In this document: positions 17,392 to 26,499 of the stretch, in pieces
Layout: every line of letters begins with the position of its first letter
Position numbering within the stretch: the stretch's first letter is position 1
NCBI GenBank assembly: GCA_017881265.1
Contig: JADGRA010000012.1
Location: 15,534-79,533 of the forward strand
Origin: Myxococcaceae bacterium
GTDB lineage: Bacteria > Myxococcota > Myxococcia > Myxococcales > Myxococcaceae
Reading direction: 5' to 3'
Length of the DNA stretch: 64,000 nt
Translations under genes and position numbers: made by a program
The notes under the pieces: generated by a model
Seen by the model: only the letters and a program-made list of their open reading frames with translations
Databases searched by the model: none
Told to the model about the DNA's origin: nothing

Positions 17392-18090
17392 CTACGGCAT
17401 GCGCTCGACGGCATGGAGCCCGAAGCGCAGCTCGGCCTTCCAGGGCCCGGCGGGAAAGCCGTCTAGGACCAGCACCCGGTCCAGGGCGAGCAGCGTGTCC
17501 GGCAGCAGACGTCCGAAGCTGACCCCGAGCGCCGGCGGGGTGCGGGGCCGGCCGCTGCCGGCCGTCATCCACACCACCTCGCCATGCAGAAGGATGCTGC
17601 CCGAGTCGAGCCAGATTTCGAGCAGCACCGGTGAACCCATCTGCGCCAGGGACGGCAAGTCCCCGGCCTCCAGCTCCACCCCGGCGCCGCCGCGGGAGAG
17701 GTCCCGGACGCTCCACACCGTCACCAGCCCGGAATTCTCCTGGGCCCGCAGGTGCACCGGCACGCGGGGGTAGCGGCGCACCTGTTCATCGCGGTGCAGC
17801 TCGAAGAGGCGGCTCAGGACGGCGTCTAGGCCGCGTCGGCTTCGACCGGGCAGGTAGCGAATGCCCAGCACGTACTCGCCGTTGGCCGCGGCCCGCACCT
17901 CCACCACCTCCCCCGTCACCTCCACGGGCTCGACGACGTCCGGGGCCACCAACTCGAAGATGAACCGCGTCCCCCGCTCGAGGGGCTTCTTGCTGGGCAA
18001 GGAGACGCCCCCCTTGCCGACGCTCCGGGTGAAGGCCTGCAACAGAGAGGTGGGGCTCCGGTAGGAAACGCGGAGCCGCACGGGTTCCAT
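17392..18090 (-). CDS. Tandem PilZ-domain protein (putative c-di-GMP receptor)
   Basis: The second half has RRYPRVPVHLR (RxxxR) and VRDLSRGGAGV (D/NxSxxG). The first half is a degenerate PilZ-like domain (RLRVSY...TRSVGKGGVSL) of the kind expanded in myxobacteria. Divergent from mraZ. Confidence 0.8.
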   Translation of the reverse strand: MEPVRLRVSYRSPTSLLQAFTRSVGKGGVSLPSKKPLERGTRFIFELVAPDVVEPVEVTGEVVEVRAAANGEYVLGIRYLPGRSRRGLDAVLSRLFELHRDEQVRRYPRVPVHLRAQENSGLVTVWSVRDLSRGGAGVELEAGDLPSLAQMGSPVLLEIWLDSGSILLHGEVVWMTAGSGRPRTPPALGVSFGRLLPDTLLALDRVLVLDGFPAGPWKAELRFGLHAVERMP

Positions 18091-18167
18091 AACTTTTCAA
18101 GCTCGCGTGATTGCGGGCGAAAGACAAGGTCCGGTGTTGGGGACGGATTTTTTGGTTTTGGCCGGGA

Positions 18168-18197
18168 GTGGTAAGAAGTGGTAAGCAGCGGATCAGC
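18168..18197 (+). promoter_or_regulatory. Candidate MraZ operator: phased direct repeats GTGGTAAGAA / GTGGTAAGCA / GCGGATCAGC
   Basis: Three decamers begin with GTGG/GCGG at exact 10-nt phasing, 34-63 nt upstream of the mraZ GTG. MraZ in E. coli and Mollicutes binds phased G-rich pentamer or heptamer repeats separated by about 5 nt in the Pmra region. Confidence 0.45.
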
Positions 18198-18230
18198 CGT
18201 ACACTCCCATCCCAGGACGGGCCGTGCATC

Positions 18231-18695
18231 GTGTTTCGGGGCGTCTTCGAACATCAAATCGACGCGAAGGGGCGGACCAGCCTTCCGGCGCGCCTGCGGG
18301 AGACGCTGCTCGGCAGCTACGACGACCGGCTCATCCTCACCACGGCCCTGGACAAGTGCCTGCACGCCTACCCGGTGCGGGAGTGGGAGCGGCTGGAGGC
18401 GTCGCTGGCGGACAGAAACCCCATGGAGCCGGGAGTGAAGACGTTGATGCGCCTGTACGTGGCGCCGGCGCAGGAGTGCCCGCTGGACCGGCTGGGCCGA
18501 CTGCTCGTCCCCCCGTCGCTGCGCATGCACGCGCAGCTGGAGAAGGACGTGGTGTGGGCGGGCATGGTGCGCGTCATCGAGTTGTGGAGCCACGACGGCT
18601 GGGCCCAGGCCCAGGCCGAGGCCCGGGCGGGGGCGGAATCCCAGGACGTGATGCGAGTCCTGACAGAGTTGCGCCACAGCAAGGAGCAGACGTGA
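18231..18695 (+). CDS. mraZ: Transcriptional regulator MraZ
   Basis: Track ORF trimmed to GTG 18231. [23 protein letters not shown] and a second [13 protein letters not shown] repeat give the two SpoVT-AbrB/MraZ half-domains. First gene of the dcw cluster. Confidence 0.9.
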   Translation: MFRGVFEHQIDAKGRTSLPARLRETLLGSYDDRLILTTALDKCLHAYPVREWERLEASLADRNPMEPGVKTLMRLYVAPAQECPLDRLGRLLVPPSLRMHAQLEKDVVWAGMVRVIELWSHDGWAQAQAEARAGAESQDVMRVLTELRHSKEQT

Positions 18696-19078
18696 ACGAG
18701 GTCGCCGGCAGGGCAGCGCTGAGTCTGCGGTCTAGGTCGCGGCTTCGGCTGCGCCACACCACCCTTGGGCTGCGCGGGGAGCTGGACCAGGCCGCCCTCA
18801 CCGAGCTCGGCGACCGTCTCATCCGGCTGCTCGACCAGAGTTGCGTCTGGGTGCTGCTCGACTTCACGGCGGTGGAGCACCTGGACTACCGCGGCGTGTC
18901 TGCCCTGGCGGCCCGCGCCGACGCCTTCCGGCGCGCGGGCGGGGACCTCAAGGTGTGCGGCCTGTCGCCCTACCTACAGGCGGTGCTCCGCGCCGGGGGG
19001 GCGCACGGGGCCTTCGAGGTGTTTCGCGATGCGGCCGATGCGCGCGCCGCGATGACCAGCCCTTTCGAGGGCCCATAG
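18692..19078 (+). CDS. STAS-domain protein (anti-sigma-factor-antagonist-like)
   Basis: 128 aa. GTG 18692 overlaps the mraZ TGA (GTGA). [81 protein letters not shown] follows the SpoIIAA/STAS beta-alpha pattern. High GC3. Ends 20 nt before rsmH. Confidence 0.75.
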   Translation: MNEVAGRAALSLRSRSRLRLRHTTLGLRGELDQAALTELGDRLIRLLDQSCVWVLLDFTAVEHLDYRGVSALAARADAFRRAGGDLKVCGLSPYLQAVLRAGGAHGAFEVFRDAADARAAMTSPFEGP

Positions 19079-19098
19079 CGCGCTGGGGGCCAGGCGGC

Positions 19099-20010
19099 GT
19101 GGAGTACGCGCACCAGACGGTGCTTCGCGACGAGGTGGTGGACGTGCTTGCACCGACAGCCGGACGGACCATTGTCGACGCCACTCTCGGCGGGGGCGGG
19201 CATGCCGAGGCGCTGCTCGACCGCGGCGCGACCGTCATCGGCGTGGACCGGGACCCCTCGGCGGTGGCCGCGGCCACCGCGCGGCTCGGCGGACGGGCCA
19301 CCTTCCGGGCGCTGCGCGGCAACGCCGGCGACCTGGAGGCGCTGCTCGCCCCCTTGGGCCTGCTGCCGGTGGACGGCGTGCTGGCGGACCTCGGGGTGAG
19401 CAGCCCGCAGCTCGACGACCCGGACCGCGGCTTCTCCTTCCAGGGGGACGGCCCTTTGGACATGCGCATGGGGCAAGAGGGCCAAACCGCCGCCGGGGCC
19501 ATCGCCGCCGCGGACGAGGCCACCCTCGCCCGCGTGCTGCGAGAGCTTGGCGAGGAACCCTTTGCCGGGCCCATTGCCCGCGCTCTGAAGGGCGCCCAGC
19601 CCACCACCACGGCCGCCGCGGTGGAGGCGGTGAAGCGCGCCGTCCCGCGGCGCGCCTGGCCCGAGCGCCTGCACGTCGCCACCCGCACCTTCCAGGCCCT
19701 GCGCATCTGGGTGAACGACGAACTGGGGGCGCTCGAGCGCCTTCTGGACTCCCTGCCGCGGCTGCTCCGGCTGGGGGGACGCGCCGCCATCATCAGCTTC
19801 CACAGCCTGGAGGACCGGCGGGTGAAACAGGCCTTCCGTGCCCTGGAAGGCCGGTGCACCTGCCCGCCAGGGCTTCCGGTGTGCGTCTGCGGCGCCGGGG
19901 GCAGCTTCCGGCCCCTCACCCGCAAGGCGGTGAAGGCCTCCGCCGCCGAGGTGGAGCGAAACCCGCGGTCCCGCAGCGCGCGGTTGCGCGCGGTGGAGCG
20001 ACTCTCGTGA
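19099..20010 (+). CDS. rsmH: 16S rRNA (cytosine1402-N4)-methyltransferase RsmH (MraW)
   Basis: [67 protein letters not shown] and [14 protein letters not shown] are RsmH signatures. GTG 19099 is the first start after the STAS stop. Confidence 0.92.
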   Translation: MEYAHQTVLRDEVVDVLAPTAGRTIVDATLGGGGHAEALLDRGATVIGVDRDPSAVAAATARLGGRATFRALRGNAGDLEALLAPLGLLPVDGVLADLGVSSPQLDDPDRGFSFQGDGPLDMRMGQEGQTAAGAIAAADEATLARVLRELGEEPFAGPIARALKGAQPTTTAAAVEAVKRAVPRRAWPERLHVATRTFQALRIWVNDELGALERLLDSLPRLLRLGGRAAIISFHSLEDRRVKQAFRALEGRCTCPPGLPVCVCGAGGSFRPLTRKAVKASAAEVERNPRSRSARLRAVERLS

Positions 20011-20366
20011 GGCGGCCCAAGAGTCGCCGGCCCAGCCTGGGTGTCGTGCTTCGCCAGCTGCTGCCCGGCGCGGCGGTGGCGGCGCTGCTCGCCGCGGTGG
20101 GCATTCTGCACGTCGCCGCCCGGACCGAGGTGGTGGACACCGGCTACGCGCTGAGCCACCTGGAGGCGGAGAACCGCTCCCTCACCCTGGAGAACGACAG
20201 GCTGCGGCTGGAGCTGGCCACGCTGAAGCGCTCGGCGCGCCTGGAAAAGCTGGCCAAGGACAGCCTGGGCATGGCGCCCCCGGCGCCGGGCTCGGTCACC
20301 GTGCTGTCCCGGCCGCCGCAGCGCGCGGCTCTCCCCCATCCGGTGGCCGTGGCCGGGCGTCCCTGA
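20007..20366 (+). CDS. ftsL: FtsL-like cell-division protein
   Basis: 119 aa. GTG 20007 overlaps the rsmH stop (GTGA). A basic N-terminus, one TM ([20 protein letters not shown]) and a coiled coil ([23 protein letters not shown]). Positional equivalent of ftsL. Confidence 0.65.
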   Translation: MRRPKSRRPSLGVVLRQLLPGAAVAALLAAVGILHVAARTEVVDTGYALSHLEAENRSLTLENDRLRLELATLKRSARLEKLAKDSLGMAPPAPGSVTVLSRPPQRAALPHPVAVAGRP

Positions 20367-20371
20367 CACCC

Positions 20372-22396
20372 ATGGCCGCCGGCAGCTACAGTCCCGCGCG
20401 CCCCAGCGGGGAAGCCGCCACCCGCTGGGTGCGGCTGCGCGTGGCGATGATGGGCGGGCTCCTCTTCTTCGGCCTGGCGCTGGCGCTGGGCCGGGCGGTG
20501 CAGCTGCAAGTCATCCAGTCGGCGCAGCTGGGGCTGATGGCCACCGACCAGTCCTCGCGGGAGATGGACGTCCCTGCCCGCCGTGGAGAGATTCTCGACC
20601 GGCGCGGCGTCAGTCTCGCCTCCAGCGTCGAGGTGGACTCGCTGTGGGTGGACCCCTCGCAGCTGGGGGACCCGGGGCGCGCCGCGGTGGACCTTGCCCG
20701 GGTGTTGCACCTGGACGCGGTGGAACTCGCCCAGCGGCTGTCGCGGGCCCGCCGCTTCGCCTGGGTGAAGCGCCAGGTGACGCCCCCAGAATTGGCCGCC
20801 GCCCGGGCCCTGGGCGTGCCGGGTCTCGGCGTCACCAAGGAGCCCAAGCGCTTCTACCCCCAGAAGGAGCTCGCCGCGCAGGTGCTGGGCGTGGTGGGCA
20901 AGGACGGCTTGGGGCTGGAGGGGCTGGAGCTGGCCTTCGAGGAGGAGCTGACCGGCACCGGCAGCAAGGTCGAGGGCATCCGCGATGCGCGCGGGCGCAA
21001 CGTCCTTCTGGACGGGGCACCGGCGACGCGGGCCCGCGAGGGGGCCAACGTCACCCTCACCCTGGACCGCACGCTGCAGTACACGGCCGAGAAGGTGCTG
21101 GACCAGGCGGTGGCGGAGAGCGAGGCCCAAAACGGGATGGTGGTGGCGCTGGACCCCCGCACGGGCGAGCTGCTGGCCGTCGCGCATGCCCCGCGCTTCA
21201 ACCCCAACTCCCCGACGGCCGTGCCGGCGCCCATCCTGCGGGACCGCGCCGCGCTGGACGTCTTCGAGCCGGGCAGCACCTTCAAGGCCTTCGTCGCCGC
21301 CGGCGCCCTGGAGTCCGGCGCGGTGAGGGCCGATGAGGCCTTCTTCTGCGAGAACGGCGCCTGGGAGGTGGGCAAGCACGTCATCCACGACACCCACCCG
21401 CACGGCTGGCTGGCCCTGCCCAAAATTCTTCAGGTCTCCTCCAACATCTGCATGGGCAAGGTGGCGCAGAAGCTCGGCCGCGACGGCATGGTGCGCACCC
21501 TGCGGCAGTTCGGCTTCGGGGACCGCTCCGGCCTGGCGCTTCCCGGCGAGGGGCGGGGCAGCGTCCCCTACCCGCGGGCCGAGGTGACCCTGGCCACCCA
21601 GTCCTTCGGCCAGGGGGTGAGCGCCACGGCGGTCCAGGTGGCCGCCGCCTTCGGGGCGCTGGCCAACGGCGGCGTCCTGATGCGGCCCTACCTGGTGGCG
21701 CGGGTGACGGACCCGGACGGGGTCGTGCTCCTGGAAAACCAGCCCACCGAAGTGCGCCGGGTGGTGTCGGAAAAGGTGGCCCGCGCGGTGGTGTCGATGC
21801 TGGAGGGCGTGGTGGAGAAGGAGGGGACGGGCACGCGCGCGCACATGGACGACTACCGCGTGGCCGGCAAGACGGGCACGGCGCAGAAGCCGGACCCCCT
21901 GGCGGGCGGCTACTCCGAGCGGCGCATCGCCAGCTTCGTCGGGATGGTGCCGGCAGAGAGCCCGCGCCTGGTGGTGCTGGTGGTCATCGACGAGCCGAAA
22001 ACGGACGTCTTCGGCGGCCTGGTGGCGGCGCCGGCCTTCAAAGAGATTGCCGCAGCGGCCTTGCCGGCCCTGGGGGTGCCACCCTCGCGGGGGGTCCACC
22101 TGGTGGCCCGGGCCCCGGAGCCTCGAAAAACCCTCCCCATCCCGCCTCCAGTGCAGGTAAAGGGGGGGGCGACTCCGGGAGAGACGCTCACCGAGCGCCT
22201 CCAGCCCGGGGCCGTCGCCGTTCCCGACGTCCAGGGACGGGTGGGCCGGGAGGCGGTGGCGCGCCTTCTGTCGTTGGCCCTCGAGCCGCGGCTGTTAGGA
22301 AGTGGGCGCGTGGTGGCGCAGAGCCCGGCGCCCGGGGCCCGGGTGGCCAAGGGTGCGCGGGTGACTCTCGAGATGTCCACCGCCGCCGGAGACTAG
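20372..22396 (+). CDS. ftsI: Division-specific class B penicillin-binding protein (FtsI/PBP3) with C-terminal PASTA domain
   Basis: N-terminal TM, PBP dimerisation domain, and transpeptidase motifs STFK (PGSTFKAF), SSN (VSSNICMG) and KTGT (AGKTGTAQ). The last ~60 aa, VPDVQGRVGREAVARLLSLALEPRLLGSGRVVAQSPAPGARVAKGARVTLEM, form a PASTA pattern. Confidence 0.92.
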   Translation: MAAGSYSPARPSGEAATRWVRLRVAMMGGLLFFGLALALGRAVQLQVIQSAQLGLMATDQSSREMDVPARRGEILDRRGVSLASSVEVDSLWVDPSQLGDPGRAAVDLARVLHLDAVELAQRLSRARRFAWVKRQVTPPELAAARALGVPGLGVTKEPKRFYPQKELAAQVLGVVGKDGLGLEGLELAFEEELTGTGSKVEGIRDARGRNVLLDGAPATRAREGANVTLTLDRTLQYTAEKVLDQAVAESEAQNGMVVALDPRTGELLAVAHAPRFNPNSPTAVPAPILRDRAALDVFEPGSTFKAFVAAGALESGAVRADEAFFCENGAWEVGKHVIHDTHPHGWLALPKILQVSSNICMGKVAQKLGRDGMVRTLRQFGFGDRSGLALPGEGRGSVPYPRAEVTLATQSFGQGVSATAVQVAAAFGALANGGVLMRPYLVARVTDPDGVVLLENQPTEVRRVVSEKVARAVVSMLEGVVEKEGTGTRAHMDDYRVAGKTGTAQKPDPLAGGYSERRIASFVGMVPAESPRLVVLVVIDEPKTDVFGGLVAAPAFKEIAAAALPALGVPPSRGVHLVARAPEPRKTLPIPPPVQVKGGATPGETLTERLQPGAVAVPDVQGRVGREAVARLLSLALEPRLLGSGRVVAQSPAPGARVAKGARVTLEMSTAAGD

Positions 22397-22405
22397 GAAT
22401 CCCTG

Positions 22406-23914
22406 ATGAAGTTGACAGATGTGTTGGCAGGTGTGGGGGCAGAGCAGCTCTCCGGCTCGCGGGCCGCGCTGGACGTCACCGGGGTCGCGCACGACAGTCG
22501 GAAAGTCCGCCCGGGGGACCTCTTCGTCGCGTTGTCCGGGGCCACCCATGACGGGACGGCCTTCGTCGCTCAGGCCAAGGCCAATGGCGCGGTGGCGGTG
22601 CTGGCCGAGCGCGCGGTGGTCGCCGACCTGCCCGTTCTCAAGGTGCCCTCCGCACGGCGGGCTCTGGCGGAGGTCGCGGCCAACTTCTTCCGGCGACCGG
22701 CCAACGAACTGATGCTGCTCGGCGTCACCGGCACCAACGGGAAGACCACGACGGCCTACCTGCTCGAATCCATCTGCTCGGCCGGCGGCGCCGCGGTGGG
22801 CCGCATCGGCACCATCGAGGTGCGCTTCGCGGGCCGCACCCAGCAGTCGCCGCACACCACCCCCGACGCCCTGGCGCTGCATGGCCTGTTCCGGGAGATG
22901 CTGGATGCGGGGACCGACACAGTGGTGATGGAAGTCTCCAGCCACGCGCTGGACCAGGAGCGCGTGCATGGCCTCACCTTCCGGGCAGCCGGCTTCACCA
23001 ACCTGTCGCGCGACCACCTCGACTACCACGCAGACATGGAGGCGTACTTCCAGGCCAAGCGGAAGCTCTTCAGCGACAACCTCTCCCCGGGCGGGGTGGC
23101 GGTGGTGAATGGGGACGACACCTACGCCGCGCGCCTCTACAACGAGGTCAGAAACGCCCGGCGCATGGCGTGGAAATTCAGCCGCACCGGGACCGGGGAA
23201 ATCTCTGCCGCCGGCGTCGAGCTCGGCCTCAACGGCATCAAGGCCACGCTGAAGACGCCGGCCGGGGACATCCAGGTGCAGTCGTCCCTGCTCGGTCCGC
23301 ACAACCTGGAGAACATTCTGGCCGCGGCCGGCATGGCCCTGGGGGCGGGCTTTGGCCGCCGGGACGTACAGGAGGGGATTGGACGCGTCAAGCGCGTCCC
23401 CGGACGCATGGAGCGCGTGGAGGAGAATGGCCGCGTGGCCCTGGTGGACTACGCCCACACCGACGACGCGCTCCGGCGCGCGCTGGAAGCGGCGCGGGCC
23501 ATGGCCAAGGGACGCGTCATCACCGTCTTCGGCTGCGGTGGCGACCGGGACAAGGGCAAGCGGCCCCTCATGGGCCAGGTGGTGGGTGAGGGGGCCGACC
23601 TGGCGGTGGTGACGAGCGACAACCCACGCACCGAGGACCCGAGCGAGATTATTTCCCAAATCACCCCGGGCCTGGAGAAGGGCGGCCTGCGGCGCATCAG
23701 TGCGGGCAAGGCGCGCAGTGGCGAGCGCGGCTACCTGGTGGAAGCGGACCGGCGGACGGCGCTGGAGACGGCCGCGTCGCTGGCCCGGCCGGAGGACATC
23801 ATCCTCGTCGCCGGCAAGGGGCACGAGGCGTACCAGGAAGTTGGTGCGGAAAAGCTGCCCTTCGACGACGTCGCCGAGACCCGCACCGCCCTCGGGAAAC
23901 CGGGACCGGCCTAG
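22406..23914 (+). CDS. murE: UDP-N-acetylmuramoyl-L-alanyl-D-glutamate--2,6-diaminopimelate ligase
   Basis: GVTGTNGKTTTAYL P-loop, Mur ligase middle domain (MEVSSHAL), and DNPR at the C-terminal domain (VVTSDNPRTEDP), typical of meso-DAP-adding MurE. Confidence 0.93.
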   Translation: MKLTDVLAGVGAEQLSGSRAALDVTGVAHDSRKVRPGDLFVALSGATHDGTAFVAQAKANGAVAVLAERAVVADLPVLKVPSARRALAEVAANFFRRPANELMLLGVTGTNGKTTTAYLLESICSAGGAAVGRIGTIEVRFAGRTQQSPHTTPDALALHGLFREMLDAGTDTVVMEVSSHALDQERVHGLTFRAAGFTNLSRDHLDYHADMEAYFQAKRKLFSDNLSPGGVAVVNGDDTYAARLYNEVRNARRMAWKFSRTGTGEISAAGVELGLNGIKATLKTPAGDIQVQSSLLGPHNLENILAAAGMALGAGFGRRDVQEGIGRVKRVPGRMERVEENGRVALVDYAHTDDALRRALEAARAMAKGRVITVFGCGGDRDKGKRPLMGQVVGEGADLAVVTSDNPRTEDPSEIISQITPGLEKGGLRRISAGKARSGERGYLVEADRRTALETAASLARPEDIILVAGKGHEAYQEVGAEKLPFDDVAETRTALGKPGPA

Positions 23915-23918
23915 GGCG

Positions 23919-25319
23919 GTGGACCGCTCGGTGGCGTCGTTCACCCCGGCTGACATCCTCGAGGCGACCTCGGCCGAGGTGCTTGCCCCGCCCTCGGCGG
24001 ACGTCTTCCCCTCCGTCTCGACGGACTCGCGCTCGCTGGCCCCGGGCGCCCTCTTCGTGGCGCTGGAAGGCGCGCGCTTCGACGCGCACGCCTTCGTGGG
24101 CGAGGCGGCTGCCCGCGGTGCCGCCGGGGCCCTGGTGCGCCGGGGCAAGCCCCTGCCGGCCGTCCCGGCGGGCTTCGGCCTCTTCGCCGTGGCCGACACG
24201 CTGCGCGGCCTCGGCGCGCTGGCGCGCTTTCACCGCCGGCGCTTCCGGCTGCCGCTGGGCGCGGTCGGCGGCAGCAACGGGAAAACCACCACCAAGGAGA
24301 TGGTGGGCAGCATCCTCAGCGCCGTGGGCCCAGCCCTCAAGACGGAGGGCAACCTCAACAATGAGGTGGGTGTCCCGCTGACGCTGCTGCGTCTCACCGC
24401 CGAGCACCGCGCCGCTGTGGTGGAGTTGGGCATGAATGCGCCGGGCGAGATGGGGCGGCTGGTGGCCCTGGCCGAGCCAGACGCTGCCGTCCTCACCACC
24501 ATCCAGCCGGAGCACCTGGAGGGCCTCGGCAGCCTGGCCGGGGTGGCCGCGGCGGAGGGAGAGCTGTTTTCCGGGCTGGCCCCCAGCGCCACCGCGGTGG
24601 TGAACCTGGATGAGGCGCTGGTGGTGCAGCAGGCGAAGGCGTCGCGGGCGCGCTGGCTCACCTTCGGGCGGGACGGCCGTGCCGACGTCCGCCTGGAGGA
24701 GACGCGGCCCCTGGGCCGCGCCGGCCAGGAAGTCGTCCTGCGGTCGGACGGCCGCACCTTCGCCGTGGCCCTGGGTTTTCTGGGGGCGCACAACGCCCTC
24801 AACGCCGCCGCGGCCTTCGCCCTGGCCCGGGCCCTGGGCATCTCGGCGGACGCGTGCGCCGAAGGACTGGCCCGGGCCCGGCCCACCGCCCGCCGCCTCA
24901 CCGTCGTCGAAGCCCCGGGCGGCCTGACGGTGCTGGACGACTGTTACAATGCCAACCCGGCCTCGGTGACGGCCGCGCTGCAGACGGCCCGGGAGCTGGC
25001 CGGCTCCGGGCGGGTGGTGGCCGTCCTCGGGGACATGCTGGAACTCGGCCCGGGGGAGGCCGAGGGGCACCGGCAGATGGTGGAAGTGGCCTCGAAGCTG
25101 GCCACCCTCCGGGCGTTTCTCGGACCGCGAAGCTCGGCCGCGGCGCCGGCCGAGGGGGTGGAGGAGTCGGCACGCTTCATGGAAGTGGAGCCACTGTGGG
25201 ACTGGCTCCGGCCGCGCCTGCGGCCAGGCGACGTCGTCTTGGTGAAGGGAAGCAGGGGCATGCACATGGAGCGGCTAGTGGAGCGACTCACGGGGGCGGC
25301 TGCGGCCGCCGGGCACTGA
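23919..25319 (+). CDS. murF: UDP-N-acetylmuramoyl-tripeptide--D-alanyl-D-alanine ligase
   Basis: VSTDSRSLAPGALFVAL.G.RFDAH.F and GGSNGKTTTKEM P-loop, plus NANPASV and GDMLELG. GTG 23919 is the first start after the murE stop (alternative GTG 23931). Confidence 0.9.
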   Translation: MDRSVASFTPADILEATSAEVLAPPSADVFPSVSTDSRSLAPGALFVALEGARFDAHAFVGEAAARGAAGALVRRGKPLPAVPAGFGLFAVADTLRGLGALARFHRRRFRLPLGAVGGSNGKTTTKEMVGSILSAVGPALKTEGNLNNEVGVPLTLLRLTAEHRAAVVELGMNAPGEMGRLVALAEPDAAVLTTIQPEHLEGLGSLAGVAAAEGELFSGLAPSATAVVNLDEALVVQQAKASRARWLTFGRDGRADVRLEETRPLGRAGQEVVLRSDGRTFAVALGFLGAHNALNAAAAFALARALGISADACAEGLARARPTARRLTVVEAPGGLTVLDDCYNANPASVTAALQTARELAGSGRVVAVLGDMLELGPGEAEGHRQMVEVASKLATLRAFLGPRSSAAAPAEGVEESARFMEVEPLWDWLRPRLRPGDVVLVKGSRGMHMERLVERLTGAAAAAGH

Positions 25320-26489
25320 ATGCTCTTTCTCCTCTACGAGACCTTCAAGGACACCCATGCCGGGCGCTTCCTCAACTTCCTGCGCTACCCCACCTTCCGG
25401 CTGGTGGCCGCGGGGGTGGCGGCGCTGTTGATTGGCCTGTTCTTCGGGCGCCGCTTCATCGCCCAGCTGCGCGCCACCCAAGGGGAGGCCAACAACGTCC
25501 GGGAGGACACCCCGGACCGGCACCAGACGAAGAAGGGGACCCCCACCATGGGCGGGGCGCTCATCCTGCTGTGTGTCGCCCTGGCCACGCTGCTGTTTGC
25601 CGACTTGCGCGAACGCGTCATCTGGCTGGCCCTGCTGTGGACGCTGGGCTTCGGGTTCATCGGCTTTCTGGACGACTGGCTCAAGCTGTCGAAGCGAAAC
25701 TCCAAGGGCCTCGCCCCGCGCAAGAAGCTGCTGCTGCAGACGCTGTTCTTCGTGGTGGGGGTGTTTGGAATCCTCTGCACCTGGCACGGCGGCTCGCCGC
25801 ACCTGCTGGTGGACACCCGGCTCACGTTGCCCTTCGTCCCCACCCGGCACTTCAACCTCGAGCTTGGCTGGGGGTACCTCCTCTTCGCCTGGGTAGTGGT
25901 GGTGGGCGCCTCCAACGCCGTCAACCTCACCGACGGGCTGGACGGGCTGGCCATCGTCCCCACCATCGTCGCGGCACTCACCTTCGCCATCTTCTGCTAC
26001 GTCGCCGGCAGCGGGCTGTACCTGGCGGACCTGGTGGCCGCCGCCGGGGGCGGGCAGAAGCTGGTGAGTGTCCCCCTCTGGCGCTATTTGGGCGTCCCGC
26101 AGGTGGTGGGCGGCGCGGAGCTGGCCGTCTTCTGCGCCAGCATTGTGGGGGCCGGAATCGCGTTCCTCTGGTTCAACGCCTACCCGGCGTCCGTCTTCAT
26201 GGGGGACGTCGGGTCCCTCGCCCTCGGCGGGGCCCTGGGCGGCCTGGCCGTCCTCAGCAAGCAGGAGGTGACGTCGGCCTTCATCCTCGGCGTCTTCCTG
26301 GCCGAGTTGCTGTCGGTGATGATTCAGGTGGCCAGCTTCCGGCTGACCGGCCGGCGCGTCTTCCGCATGGCCCCGGTGCACCACCACTTCGAGTTGAAGG
26401 GCTTGAGCGAGCCGAAAATCATCGTCCGCTTCTGGATTGTCTCCATCCTCTGCTGCGGCGTGGCCCTGCTCACGCTCAAGCTGCGCTGA
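25320..26489 (+). CDS. mraY: Phospho-N-acetylmuramoyl-pentapeptide transferase
   Basis: KKGTPTMGG, NAVNLTDGLDGLA, FMGDVGSLALGG and APVHHHFEL are MraY hallmarks. The ATG immediately follows the murF TGA. Confidence 0.95.
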   Translation: MLFLLYETFKDTHAGRFLNFLRYPTFRLVAAGVAALLIGLFFGRRFIAQLRATQGEANNVREDTPDRHQTKKGTPTMGGALILLCVALATLLFADLRERVIWLALLWTLGFGFIGFLDDWLKLSKRNSKGLAPRKKLLLQTLFFVVGVFGILCTWHGGSPHLLVDTRLTLPFVPTRHFNLELGWGYLLFAWVVVVGASNAVNLTDGLDGLAIVPTIVAALTFAIFCYVAGSGLYLADLVAAAGGGQKLVSVPLWRYLGVPQVVGGAELAVFCASIVGAGIAFLWFNAYPASVFMGDVGSLALGGALGGLAVLSKQEVTSAFILGVFLAELLSVMIQVASFRLTGRRVFRMAPVHHHFELKGLSEPKIIVRFWIVSILCCGVALLTLKLR

Positions 26490-26499
26490 GAGGCGTGCC

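Noticed and set aside
20144-22099. Many very long ORFs antisense to, or frame-shifted against, recognisable genes. Examples: 20144..22099, 22295..24199, 25275..26945, 30043..32361, 36977..38341, 38257..39549, 8467..10551, 40701..42296, 41104..43134, 50631..52151, and the bulk of 44347..46335.
   Set aside because: Their products are R/G/P/A-rich low-complexity strings with no motifs. They overlap genes with unmistakable family signatures on the other strand or frame. This is the usual stop-codon-poor shadow-ORF artefact of ~70% GC DNA.
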